A stretch of DNA of 64,000 bases from Chiloscyllium plagiosum (taxonomy: Eukaryota), in NCBI RefSeq assembly GCF_004010195.1, contig NC_057719.1, positions 40,343,323 to 40,407,322 on the forward strand. The letters run 5' to 3'. The translations under genes were made by a program, and so were the position numbers. Below the pieces are notes generated by a model. It worked only from the letters and a program-made list of their open reading frames with translations. It was not told the origin of the DNA and searched no databases. Shown piece by piece: positions 50,429 through 63,700 of the stretch; positions within the stretch are counted from its first letter, which is position 1; each line of letters opens with the position of its first letter.

Positions 50429-53400
50429 CTTTTGTTTTATATAGATATTTTATTGAAAAAAAATTTTAAAAGATTTTTTTACAAAATTACAAAAGTAATA
50501 CAAAGAAATATAAGCATCAATATAAAATTAAATAAGTTTAAAAAAAAACAAAAAAGAAAAACCCCAACTAACTACTAATCAATCCTACAAACAACCAAAA
50601 CATACAATAGAATATCATACATTACTAGCAATAAACAAAATAATTAAATAACTAGATGCATGCTCAAAATAGATTTACATCAAGTCATAATAAAACCCAT
50701 ATTTATATGGGATTCCTCCTCTCGGGGATCCTCGAAACAGCCAGAACCATTACCACAGCTAGACAAAATCCCTGGACAGTATGGCTGAAGTATCTGTGTT
50801 GATATAGTTCAAAAAGGGCTGCCATGTTTTATAGCATAATTCCTTTTTTTGGTGCACCATATTTGTAAGGAAGTGAAGGGGGATGTATTCCATGATTAAC
50901 CTGTGCCAGTTCGAGAGTCCTGGAGGGCCTTTGGCTACCCAGTTCACTAAAATATTTTTCCTTGCATAACAGGAAAGAATGGTAAATAATTTCCTCTCAT
51001 GCACATCCAGGGAGGGAAAATCTGAAGAGCCCAAAAGCAGGGACACTGGATCCGATCTAATCTCCGTACCCAAGATCCCTGTCAACGCATTCGCTACTCT
51101 GTCCCAATACCTACAGATCTTATGGCATGTCCAACTTCTATTTAGCATTTAGGACGCATTGGGGTTGCTCCTGCCTTGAATTTTGAGAGTTGTTCAGGTG
51201 CCATATGAGCCCTATGGATTATCTTTAATTGAATAGCCTGAGTTCTATTACAAACAGAGATCTTTCTGGCATTTTCCCAGATGTTCTCCTACATTTCTGA
51301 TGAGACTTCCAACCCTAATTCTTGATTCCAGGTTTAAAATAATCGTTCCATGTCCTTAGATACTTTATTATCTAATGAGTGATGAAGAGTACTAACTGAG
51401 GGCGGCTCCATTGGCATAGCACTCTCCTTTCCCGACCTGATTTGTTGGGGTTAAATATCAGTGTGGTCTTCTTTTGTATAAAGTCTCGTATTTGGAAATA
51501 CCGAAAAAGGTCCCTGTTAGGCGCTCCAGACTTCTGGTGCAGCTGCTCAAACCTTCCCATCGAACAGGTCTCCTAAAAAGGAGATACCGCTGGACTTCAA
51601 AGTTATAAACGTAGCGTCTGTCACCCCGGCTGAAATCCCGATGCTCCCACTATAGGCGTATAAGGAGAGGTTTTTTGCAGGTTACTCTCACCTTGTTGCA
51701 TTATCCTCCAGGGTTTAATTGTATTTAATACAATAGGGTTTTTACAATAGTCCATCATCTTGTCCATAAATAAAAGATTGATGAGGGGACATTTTGCTTG
51801 GGAGGTTTCAGGATCTAGGCTGAAAATGTATTGCTGGAAAAGTGCAGCAGGTCAGGCAGCATCCAAGGAACAGGAGAATCGACGTTTCGTGCATAAACCC
51901 TTCTTCAGGAAACCTCACTTTCTCCTCGAAGGTTTCAATATCTAGCCAGATTGGGTCTCTTGTGAGCCACAATCAGTTAGCTACATAGGACGATAAGGAG
52001 CTCAATTGATACCTCCTAAAATCTGGAAAGTCCAATCCTTCCCTTGCTTGTGGAAGCTGCAGCTTTTCTAATTTAAGATTCCAAGTAAAAGAGCCGAGCC
52101 AGCCGTAAAGCTTACGCAACGCCTGTCTTGGTAGCATCGGGGGAGCATTGTCACAGGATATAAAAGATGAGGTAGGATATTCATCTTAACTGGGGCTACT
52201 CTGCCTAACCAGAATATTGGAAGATCTCCCCAGTGTTGAAGGTCCTGTCTTATTTTCTCTAATAAGTGCATAAAATTGGCTATATACAACGTTCTAGTGA
52301 CCACCGAAAAGGAAAACAAGATCTGTCTGGTAAATTAGATACACTGGCAAGGCCTCAGATTTCATGAAATTGATTTTATACCCTGAAATATACCAACTAA
52401 GTTGATCACTTGGATTAGACGAGACATGGATATCAAAGGATCACTTAGGAAGAGGACGATATCATTCGCATATAGAATGATTTTATGTTTGCCCGATCCA
52501 ACCCTCAGAGCCGTTATGTTAAGGTCAGTTTGTATAGTTTCCGCTAGTGGTTCAATCACTAGCATGAATAATAATGGTGTAGAGGACATCCCTGACGACA
52601 TCCCCTGCCAACACTAAAGCCATCCGAACTTAGACCATCAGCGATCATTGCTGCTTTGGGATCAATGTATAACACTGAAACCCATTTACTAAATACCTCT
52701 CCGACACCGAACATTTCCAGTGTATAAAAAAAGATATGGCCATTCCACCCGGTCAAATGCCTTCTTTGCGTCCAAGGAGACAGCTAAACCCGATATTGTT
52801 TCCTGTTGGCAGGCTTGTATCATATTTAAGACCCTTCTGATTTTATTAGTTGACCTGCGGCCCTTTATAAATCCCATCTGGTCTCTTTTATGATGTATAG
52901 TAAGACCCTCTCCAATCTTAATGCTAACATTTTAGAAAGAATTTTGAAATCTACGTTTAGTAAGGATATGGGTCTATATGATGAGTAATCTTCTGGGGCC
53001 TTTCCCTCTCTAAGAATAAGAGATATTTGCTTCTCTCAATGAAGGTGGGAGGTAGCCCTGACTATGTGAATAATTGTACATATTTATGAGTGGCCCGACC
53101 AGTTCTCCGATAAAGTCTTTACAGACCTCGACCTGAAATCCATTTGGTCCAGGTGCTTTGCCACTCTGAAGCTGCCTAACTGCGTCGAATACTTCCTGGG
53201 TTGTCAGGGGAGCATTCAAGATCGACACCTGCTCAGAGGTTAAGCCTGGAAGGGTCATATTTTTAAAAAAGGATTCCATCTTCTCAGTTCTATCCTCACA
53301 GTCCTGCAATTTATACAGTTCAAAATAGAACTTTCTAAAGGCTGTATTGATCTTTTTATGATCACAAGTCAGGGTACCAGCACTTTCTCTAATGGACGCT

Positions 53401-56180
53401 TGAGGAGCCTTTTTTCTTTCTAGCAAGGTATGCTAGGTATCTACCAGGCTTATCACCATATTCATATAATCTCTGCTTTGCAAATAATATTTCCATCTTT
53501 GCTGTTTGAGTAAGTGCGGTATTCAAGGCTGCCCTAAGGGCTGTGATCCTTTGTAGCTTAGTAAAGGAAGGCCTAATAAGATACGCTGTCTCAGCTGCCT
53601 TCAAGTGAGCCTTGAGCATGTGCTATTGCTCTCCCTTTTGTCTTTTCTGGTACGCAGAAAATTAGATGATCAAGCCTCGCGCATAAGCCTTAGTGGTCTC
53701 CCACATCATCGATGGGTTACTGGCCATTCCTGAGTTAATTTCCCAGAAGGTTTTGAATAGCTGCAAAATATACTTTATAAATTTGCTATCCTTCTATAAG
53801 AAGGGATCCATACGACAATGTCGGGGGCCTATCCCATCATCCCTAATCTTGACTTCCATATATGCTGCGGCATGATCAGAAAAAGCTATATTACCTATTT
53901 TGCAAGACAGTATGGAATTCAAAAGGGTCGAGGGGGCAAAAAACATATCATTTCTTGTATGGCACTTGTGTGGGTTAGAGTAGAAAATAAAGTCTGGGGG
54001 TGAAGGCATCTCCATACATCTACTAGTTCTAGCTCCTTATTCAGATCCGCCAATTGTCTAGATCTCAGAGATATACTCGTGGTGTTCTTAGGTATTCTAT
54101 CTGTCTCTGGATCCATAATACAGTTAAAATCTCCTCATATAATTGTATGGTGGACTCTAAAAGCCATCAACTTAGAGAATGCTTCCGTTACAAATTCAAA
54201 GGGGTGCGCTGGGGGGCAATAAAGATTCCAAATTCCATAGTCCTCTCCATGTATTAGGGCTTTGATCAATATATTCCGTCCAGACTCCTCTTTTATCTGG
54301 CTTAACATTTGGAAAGGAAGATTCTTCCGAATAAGAATGGCTACTTCCCTACTTTTTGAAATGAAAGATGAGAAAAAAAGCCTGATCAAATCTGCCCTGT
54401 TGTAGCTTTATATGTTCTTTGTCAAGTACTCGTGTCTCCTGCAACAGAGCTACATCAACCCTTTCTTTTTTGAGACTTGATAATATCTTTTTCCTTTTGA
54501 TTGGTGAATTACTCCCCTTGACATTCCAGGTGCACCATCTAAGTGAATGGCTAGCCATGATCGTCGAGGCAAGCCTGAGACCCCCCCAGGAGGAAGAGCC
54601 CCACTCAAAGAACCTTGAATAAAGACTGTAAGAATTTCACAAATACAGAAATTCTTTAAAACATTTAAACCAACACAATTAAAAGCTATTCCTAAGTGAA
54701 AAAAACAACGCAAAACATATTTGAAAGAAGACTTTCCCCCTTGCTCCCAGGGAGCATAACTACCTATCGATAACCCCACCATAACCTCTCCTAGCTAGGG
54801 CTCTGCTCTTTGCCCAGGCATTATAGAATGGAGTAGATAAATTCAAATATTTTATAAAACCAATTAAAAGTGAGGAACCCCCCCGCCACACACCAACATC
54901 TAGGTGCGTTTCGCAAACGCAATAATAAAAAATAGAAATATATGACATTACAATATTACAACCTCAGCAATTATTAGGCAACTGAGTAAAATGAGGAAAG
55001 AAGAAAACCCTGCCCTTAAGAAAAGGGCAAGTAAAAACAAATCCCCCTCGCCCACAAATCGAGTAATCCGCACGAACTATAAAAAGGAAACCAAAGGAAG
55101 AGAAAAGAACAAGCCCCCACCCCCAGGGAAAAATAAGTGGAAGAAGGATGAAAAAAAGATTTTAAAGGGGATAATAAAAGTCATTATCCATATGGTTCGA
55201 GTCCCGCAGTCTACTTAAGAGAGTCCAAGAATTATTTTGATTTTTCCAGCGACCCAAAGTTGTAACTGGATCCTCCATGGCTGAAGTGCAGTGTTGCCGG
55301 ATAATGCATGGAGTATTAGATATTTAGGTCTCTCAGACGCTTCTTCATCTCATCGAATGCCCTCCTCTTGCGCACCACGGCTGGAGAGAAGTCCTGACAT
55401 AACATTATTCTGGAGCCCTTGTGCATTATGGCTTGGGGATTCTTCCCCAGGACTCTAGAGGCTTCCAGGAGCTTTGGTTTTCTTTGTAGCATTAGAGTCT
55501 GATTAGAACCGAGCAGAGGTGCTGGTCTGACCCGGGCCTGCGTATAGCAACCTGGTGTGCCCACTCCACCTGCACCCGGCCCGATCCCGACTCCAACTTC
55601 AATAATTGTAGGAGCCATCGCTCCAAAAAGTCTACAAGCTGGCCTTCCTCTTCCTGTTTGGGAAGGCCCAGCAACCAAATATTTTTCTGAGGTCGTCGAT
55701 GTGCTACTCTAGGGTCTGGATTCGCTACTTGAGAGCCTGGACCTGACCTATGGACAACTCGGCAGCCGTTTCCAAGGCTGTGGCCCGTTGCCCCGCCCCT
55801 CCGCTTCTGCAGCATGACCGAGATTGACTCCCACCTGGACCTGGATTCCTCAATAAGTGTGTCGATCTTCTCTTGAAGTTTGGCGATCCTGGAGAGCATG
55901 CTCACCTCTGCAGGGAAGTCCCCTGAGGCAGCCACAGATGTCTCCGCTGCTGCGGGAGGGGTGGGTTCCTGCCTGTTGCGAGCTGCGGGAATTTTTGCCT
56001 TTAGTCATTTTAAAAACAACACCAAAGTATCCAAGTTTGATGTAAAATGACTAACTACGCTGGGCAAAAGCTATATTAAATGATTTAAAGGGTGAGGTGG
56101 AGGTGGGTGCCCCACTTTGCCAGAGTCTTAGGCAGAGCACTATAGACTCAGACTTGCTGGTTCGCCGCCATCTTGAATCC
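50429..56180 (-). mobile_element. Full-length L1-clade LINE (~5.75 kb), ORF1 and ORF2 disrupted
   Basis: TSD GGTTGAACAT (50419-50428 and 56181-56190). 5' end GGATTCAAGATGGCGGCG. ORF1 ~56000-55200. ORF2 from 54558 (TWNVKG...LLQET endonuclease; KAPGPNGF; SLDAKKAFDRVEW; LYANDI) to ~50759. A-rich 3' end. Confidence 0.95.
51822..51912 (-). mobile_element. ~90-bp PLE family C insertion with hammerhead motif inside L1 ORF2
   Basis: Minus strand ttc-CTGAAGA-agggtttatgcac-GAAAC-GTC^ga (51910-51879) plus the family C tail. Confidence 0.8.
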
Positions 56181-57346
56181 GGTTGAACATTTTAAGCAGT
56201 TACTTGTCTGTCACTGGTCAAGAGTGGCAGTATTATGTATTGTCTGCAAGATACATTTCAGCAATCTCCTGCCACCTATTCAGAAGCACGTTTCAAACTC
56301 TGAGCCTTAATCAGTTAGAAGGACAAGGGCAATGTGAGCATGGGGACCACAGTAAAAGCAAGTTCCCCTCCAAGCCAAGCATTGCCCTTTCTGATGCTTC
56401 AGTTGAGTGAAAAATTAGGATCTTGCTCCTGAGCAACACTGTCAGTATACTTGCACCACGTGGGCTGCAGATGTTAAAGAAAACCATTCGCTCCCACATT
56501 CTCAGACAAATTACGGGTGGTTAAAAAATGCTTGCTTTGTTAGCTATGCTCGCATGCCCTGAATTAATGAAAATAAAATCCCATCTTTGAATGAACTTTG
56601 GCTCTTGTTAAGCCTTTTTATTTCCTATGTTTGCAGACGTAACTCTTTCATATGTTCATCAGCATTAAGACTGCTCACTTTAATCTCCTTTTCTCCTTTT
56701 TTGAGTTCCCTAATCCCTTTCTTGCCATGAAATAGAAACCTACAAATTGCTAGGCATTTGTTCTATAAATTTTAACTTAATTAATTAAAATTAATTATTC
56801 TCTGGAGGCCTTTTGTGAACATTTGTCTTGCTTTGTTTGTCCTTCAAGTAAACTAATGTCTATTTCTTCAGATAAGCTCACTGTTGAGTTTTAGCACTTG
56901 ATTATTTTGCAGTGGAATCTCTTGATGTGATGCATGTAAAAATGCCACTTCCTAAAATGTATTTCTTAAAGTATTGGACTCTTCCAATCAGTAAAGCTTG
57001 CAGAATTGCTTTTGATGATTTGTGCTAGTTATTTGTTGTGCTTCTGAGATATTATGTTGCTTAAGTTATTGGGGAGCTGATCTGCAGGATCAGGTGATAA
57101 TCTGAAAATTACCATGTTGAATGTGGAATTAAACAAAAATTGTAAATTGCTTGAGATTAATTTGCAGGATTATGTTTGTATGATGTCTACTTGCTGTTAC
57201 ATTTTATATTGGTGAATAGCAAAATACTGACTATTTTGACAAAACTTGGCAATTTAATGTTTGATGGTTTTACATACAAGATATATTTACCTTTGGAAAA
57301 AATAGTATTTTTATTAAACTAACCTTTGAATGTCTTCCGGAGGTAG

Positions 57347-57498
57347 ACAGCAGCCTGTTGGAAAATGATGATGAATACCTTCCTGGCATTTCCCTTCAGA
57401 CATCAAGACCTCGTCTTTCCACATTAAAGACAATAAGTATGATGCAAGTAGCCGACTATAGATATCCAGAATTACCAATCACTAAACATAGAGAACAG
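57347..57498 (+). CDS. TDRD9: TDRD9 coding exon 3 (acceptor position uncertain)
   Basis: ...SRPRLSTLKTISMMQVADYRYPELPITKHREQ|gtaggg versus recalled human PRPSLAKLSSVTCIPGTTYKYPDLPISRYKEE. The acceptor chosen is the phase-1 tag| after a ctaac branch point; alternative AGs exist at 57342 and 57399. Confidence 0.85.
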
Positions 57499-58789
57499 GT
57501 AGGGAAGCACTTCAGATTATGTTATTTATTCCTATGCCATAAGGAAATGTTGAGCACATGAATAAGTGCAAAGAAAGTCTTTGTTGGAAGGCATGTTTTT
57601 CATAATACCATAAAATTAATCAATGTTTTCATGCAGCCTATCACTCAATTAATATTTTGATTGCAGAAAGAAACTGAATGGATATAGCAAGTTGTATCAA
57701 TTCTTTTATACTGAAGTAAGTAACAGAAAAGATTTTGTAATATACCTTTCACACTAGTCAAATGTCTCAAAGCTCTTTGCAGCCTTTGTTGAAGCATGGA
57801 TGATATTGTAATGTGAGACTTAAAAGTCAGCCTACACAGAATAAGGTCACATGAACAGTAATGTAATAATGACCAGATAATGTGTTTTCTTCTAATGTTG
57901 ATAGAGGGCTAAATGTTGTGCAGGACACAGACCATTGTTTGAAATAATGGCATTGGATTTTAATGTCTGTCAAGTAGGGCCAAAAAGGGCTTCAGTTTTG
58001 TCTCACTTCTTCAGCGTGTGTGAGAGTCTTGACTTTGGCACTCAAGGCCTGAAGTTGAATTTGAATGCACAATCTATCAACTGAACTACACACACACACA
58101 AAACCGAAAATAGGCTAAGTTGGTGGGCAGTGGAACAGAATCTCTGCTTCGGGTTAATGATTTCTTGTCGGATAGAAGTTGTTTAGAGATGTATGGAAAG
58201 GGAGCGAAAGGTTAAAATAGACAAGATGAGGAATGAGAGAAAGGTCCCAAGACGAGGATTAGCAACTCGTAAGAGGGTGTGTGGAAGACCCTGTCGTAGG
58301 CCACTTGTGACTCTGAGAAGAGCAGGTGAAGGAAAGAATTTTGTTGAGATGGATAGTCAGCAGACCAGAGAAGGCAGTTTGTTGGACTGAGAGGAGTAGT
58401 TGAGCAAAGATAGTCAGTAGCACTTTGAGGACTGTGCAAGAGACCAGCAGTCTGTGTCGCTTAAAGGAGCAGCTGAGAAAAGCTCTCCAGACAGTTAGTT
58501 AGATTCATTAGAGTTAATTGGTTCGCAGTTTTACTTTGTACTACTTTATCCCCATTTTAAGTAACTTGTCTGAAATTCAGCATGAGGCATGGCTGGTCTG
58601 CATGAATTAACCATATGGGAAATTGTGGATATTTCATCTGACTTAGATGATCACTGCGCACAGTGTTTCCAGCTGCAAATGTGTGGTCATGTTATTTTGA
58701 AATTAGATCAGTGCTAGCATGTTTAACCAAGTGGTCACAATACAGATTAAAACCAGGCGTGAAGAGTGGGAATAGGGCAACAAAGACCA

Positions 58790-60150
58790 GGCAGGTAGTA
58801 CAAGTGTCCTTGAGTCAAACTCACTCAAGCACTTTTTTAAACTTTGAATTTAGGTGAGGGCAATGCTTCGTGAAAAAATATGCAGGGATCCAAGCTTGTG
58901 GTCTGGGAACAGGTTGGAGAGCAAGATAACTAGAAGACAATGGTGGTTGTGATTTCATTGTTAGGGAACTGATGGGCATTTATTTGGTCATAGACTTGTC
59001 TTGTAAGGTGATGTATTACCCCCTGGGTGCTAGGTTCAAGAATATCCTGCAGCCTCTGTGACATTCATTTGTGTGATGGTGAATAGTCTGAGTTTCTGGT
59101 CCAGATTAGTATCAGTGATATTGTAGAAAGAGTAATATAATTTATGGAACTTTGCAAGAGACTGAAAAGCAGGAGCTCTGAAGCAGTTATCTAACTATTA
59201 TTCTTGTACTTTATGCTGGTAAGTACAAAAAACTGAGCAAATGAAAATGAAAAGGGTTGCTACTGCTGTTGGGGAAGGTTTAAACATGGCAGGCGGAGAT
59301 TCGGAGTGAAAACCAAGTTGATTATTGGAAATTGAAAAGCTGTAAATTCAAATGGAAATCACCAGAAATAATTCGTAGAATGAATTCACATTTAATTATA
59401 AAATAGTGTTAAAGTGCTCTTAATTTTGCCTTTTTCTCAGAATGCATACACAGATAAGTGAATTGATGGTATTTGTAGAATGAAAGGGTGCAATTTAATT
59501 ACCATTGTTGAGACATTGTGACCAAGCCTGGGAACTGTATGTTAAAGGATATTTGGAACTAGGAGAGTTAGACAGAAAGGAAAAAAAGATGGCGGAACTG
59601 CTGATAACATTGGAGCAGTGTATTATTGAGAGATATCTCCTAAACTGAAAAACAGGATGTAGAACCTGTTTGTATTGAGTAAACAAGTGCAAACGCCAGC
59701 AAACATTGATAGGTGTGATTTACAGGCCACCAAACCAAAGTGGTAATGTGGGACAAAGTATAAATCAGGAAATCGGAGATGCATGAAGCAAGGCAAATGC
59801 AATAATCATGGATAACTTGAATCTACATGTGGGCTTGGTAAATCTAATGAGCAGCAATGATCTGGAGGAAAATTCTTGGCATGTTGGATAAGTTTCTGGA
59901 TCAATGTGTTGAGGAACCAACAAGAGCACAGACCATTTCAGATCACATATTGTGAAATGAGAGAAGGCTGACGAACAATCTTGTGTAAAAAAAATAAACC
60001 CTTTAGAAGTAGTGACTAATAGTACAGCATTCTGTTAAGTTTGAAAGAAATGCATTTCATCTGAAACTAATCCCTTCAGTCTACACTTGAAATTCTGAAG
60101 GTGTGAGGCAGAAGCTGGCTCTGTTGGGTTGGAAAAGTACACTAAAAAGT
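58790..60150 (+). mobile_element. Old degenerate CR1-type ORF1/endonuclease remnants
   Basis: Remnants such as ataggtgtgatttacaggccacca (IGVIYRPP) and gtgttgaggaaccaacaaga (VEEPTR). Confidence 0.55.
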
Positions 60151-60159
60151 TTGTAATGC

Positions 60160-62250
60160 TTAGAACATAGACTGACACAGCAAAGTACCAGTCCTTCGGC
60201 CCTCTATGATGTTGTACCGACCTATGGAAACAATCTGAAGCCCATCTAATCTAAACAATTCCATTATCATCCATATGTTTATCCAATGACCATCTAAATG
60301 CCCTTACAGTCAGTGAGTCTACAACTGTTGCAGGCAGGGCATTCCATGCCCTTAGTACTGAGTAAAGAACCTACCTCTGAAATCTGTCCTATATCTACCA
60401 CCCCTCAATTTAAAGCTATGTCCCCTTGTGCTAGCCATCACGATCCAAGGAAAAAGGCTCTCACTGTCCATCCTATCTAAACATCTGATTATCTTGTATG
60501 CCTCTATTAAGTCACCTCTTAACCTTCTTCTCTCTAATGAAAACAGCCTCAAGTCCCTCAGCCTTTCCTCATAAGACCTTCCCTCCATACCAGGCAACAT
60601 CTTGGTAAATCTCCTCTGAACCCTTTCCAGTGCTTCCATGTCCTCCTTACAATGCGGTGACCAGTACTGTGTGCAATACTCCAGGTAAGGCTGCAGATGC
60701 AACATGATGTCATAGCTCTGAAACTCAACTCAATCTCTCTACCAATAAAAGCTAACACACTGTATGTCTTCTTCACAACCTTATCAACCTGGGTGGCAAC
60801 TTTCAGGGATCTAGGCACGTGGACCCAGAGTTCTCTCTGCTCATCCATACTACCAAGAATCTTGCCATTAGCCCAGTACTCTGCATTCCTCTTACTCCTT
60901 CCAAAATGAATCACCTCACACTTTTGTGTACTTAACTCAATTTGCCAGCTCTGCAGCTTATCTATGTCCCTCTGTAACCCACAACATCCTTCGGCACTAT
61001 CCACACCTCCACCAACCTTTGTGTCATCTGCAAATTTACTAACCCATCCTTCTATGTCCTCATCTAGGTCATTTATAAAAATGACAAACTGCACTGACCA
61101 CAAATCAGATCCTTGTGGAACACCACTAATAATTGAACTCCAGGATGAACATTTCCCATTAACCACCACCCTCTCTTTTCTTTCAGCTAGCCGATTTTGA
61201 TCCAAACTGCTAAATCACCCTCAATTCCATGCCTCTATTTTCTGCATTAGCCTACTGTGGGGAACCTCTTCAAATGCTTTACTGAAATCCATATACACCA
61301 CATCAACTGCTTTACTCTCAAATGCCTGTTTGGTCACCATCTCAAAGAACTCAACAAAGTTTGAGGCACTACCTACCCTTCACAAACTATGACTATCCCT
61401 AATCAATTTATTCCTTTCTAGATGATTATAAATCCTACTCTTAAAATCCTTTCCAACACTTTAGCCTGAACCGAAGTAAGGCTCACTGGTCTATCCTTAC
61501 CAGGATTGTCTCCACTTTCGTTCTTGAACAAGGGAACAACATTTACTATTTCTGGCACTATTCCTTAGACAAATGCTGACATAAAGATCAAAGTCAAAGG
61601 CTGTGCAGTCTCCTCCCTAGCTTCCCAGAGAATCTTAGGATAAATCCCATCTGGTCCAGGAGACTGACTTACTTTCACACTTTCCAGAATTGCTAATACC
61701 TCCTCCTTATGAATCTCAATCCCATCTAGTCTAATTGCCGGTATCTCAGTATTCTTCTCGACAACATTATCGTTTTCGTCAGTGTTCACACAGGAAAAAT
61801 ATTCATTTTGCACCTCTCCTTTCTCTTTGGACTTCGCACAACTTCCCACTGCTGTTCTTGACAGGTCCGAATCTTATTCTAGTCATTCTTTTATTGCTGA
61901 TATACCTACAGAAAGCTTTAGGGTTTTCCTTGATCCTACCTGCCAAAGTCTTCTCATATCCCCTCCTGGCTCTTCTTGGCTCTCTCTTTAGGTCCTTTCT
62001 GGTGCCCTAATTGAGCTTTCACGTCTCATCTTTACATTAGCCTCCTTCTGATTGACGAGAGATTCAACTTCTTTAGTAAACCACGGTTCCCTCGCTTGAC
62101 CACTTCCTCCCGGCCTGACAGATACATACTTAGCAAGGACATGCATTAGCTGTTCCTTGAATAATCTCCATATTTCAATTGTTGCCATCCCCTGCAGTTT
62201 CCTTTCCAACCCTATGCATCCTAAATCTTGCCTAATTGCATCATAATTGC
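60160..62250 (-). mobile_element. CR1 LINE ORF2 (RT to 3' end), degenerate
   Basis: SPGPDGIYPKIL; SGVPQGS...INDLD...KFADDTK; LEYCTQYWSPH. Confidence 0.93.
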
Positions 62251-62607
62251 CTTACGCCCCCCCCCGGTCTCTAACTCTTGCTTGATTATCTGAGCGAGGC
62301 AGGTGGAGAGTGTTTTGTTCGGATAACTGTTCTGATTGTAAATAAAGAAAGCATTCTCAAGTGTAAATGGAACCCCATGACACACAGTCTCAGCCAGAAC
62401 CACTGACTCATGTATTACACCAGTCAACTTGATCAAATCAAAACAAGGGCATTTATAATGAGTGAGAATTTTGAAATGCTTAAAATAGATTGAATTGTTC
62501 CATGACTTAAATGAATATATTTTAAAGAAATGTTAAAGTGAATTGGAGCTTCCCAGATAACTCAGAACATTTGTAAGTGCAGTCCTGTTCCTTTAACACC
62601 AAAAAGA

Positions 62608-63110
62608 AGTGGACGCTTTGGAGAGGGTGCACAGAAGGTTTACGAGGATGTTGCCTGGTATAGAAGGTACTAGCTATGAAGAAAGGTTGAGTAAGTTAGG
62701 TTTATTTTTTTTTGATAAAAGGAGATTGAGGGGGGACCTGATTGAGGTTTATAAAATCATGAAGGGTATAGACAGGGTGGATAGAGACAAGCTTTTTCCC
62801 AGGGTGAAGGATTCAATAACGAGAAGTCACACTTTCAAGGTGAGAGGTGAAAGGTTTAAGGGGGATACACGGGGCAAGTACTTCACACAGAGGGTGGTGG
62901 GCGTTTGGAACGCGTTGCCAGCAGAGGTGGTTGAGGTGGGCACGGTAGATTAATTTAAGATCCGTCTGGATAAATGCATGAGTAGATGGGGAGTAGAGGG
63001 ATACAGATGCTTAAGAATTGACCGACAGGTTTAGACAGTACATTTGGATTGGCTCAGGCTTGGAGGGCTGAAGGGCCTGTTCCTGGCTGTAAATTTTTTT
63101 TGTTTTTGTT
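62608..63110 (+). mobile_element. CR1 LINE 3' fragment
   Basis: LERVHRRFTRMLPG...RLRGDLIEVYKIMKG...VWNALP. Confidence 0.92.
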
Positions 63111-63389
63111 ATGATATGTGTTGCAATACCTCAAACTGAGTCTCTGTGTGCTACAGTAAACTTTCTCAAAGAGTTTTTCAATTGCATTTTTTTTGTAAGA
63201 AGTACCCAGATGCTAAATTGAATTTGTCCTGCATCGTTGGAAAATGGGCTTCCCATTTTGAACACAAACAATTATACCTGTACCTTGTTACTTTCACTCT
63301 TATCCGGAATCATCTTTGCAATCCTTACCTCTACATCCCTGGAACTTTTCAGAGGCCTATAGAAAACACCCAACAGGATGACCTCACCT

Positions 63390-63700
63390 TCCCTGTTTCT
63401 AACCTCAACTCATGCTACCTCAGTCGACAAGTTCTCATCAAACGTCCTTTCTGCCACCGTAATGCTGTCCTTGACTAACAATGCCAAACCTCCCCTTCTT
63501 TTACCACCTTCCCTGTACTTACTGAAACATCTAAACCCTGGAACCTGCAACAACCATTCCTGTCCATTTTTTATCCATGTCTTTGAAATGGCCACAATGT
63601 CGAAGTCCCAGATACATGCTACAAGTTCATCTACTTATTCCGGATTCTCCTGATGTTTAAGTAGACACACTTAAAGCCATTTTCCTGCGACCTTGAAACC
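63390..63700 (-). mobile_element. CR1 LINE endonuclease fragment
   Basis: AISKTWIKNGQEWLLQVPGFRCF...RGGLALLVK. Confidence 0.85.
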
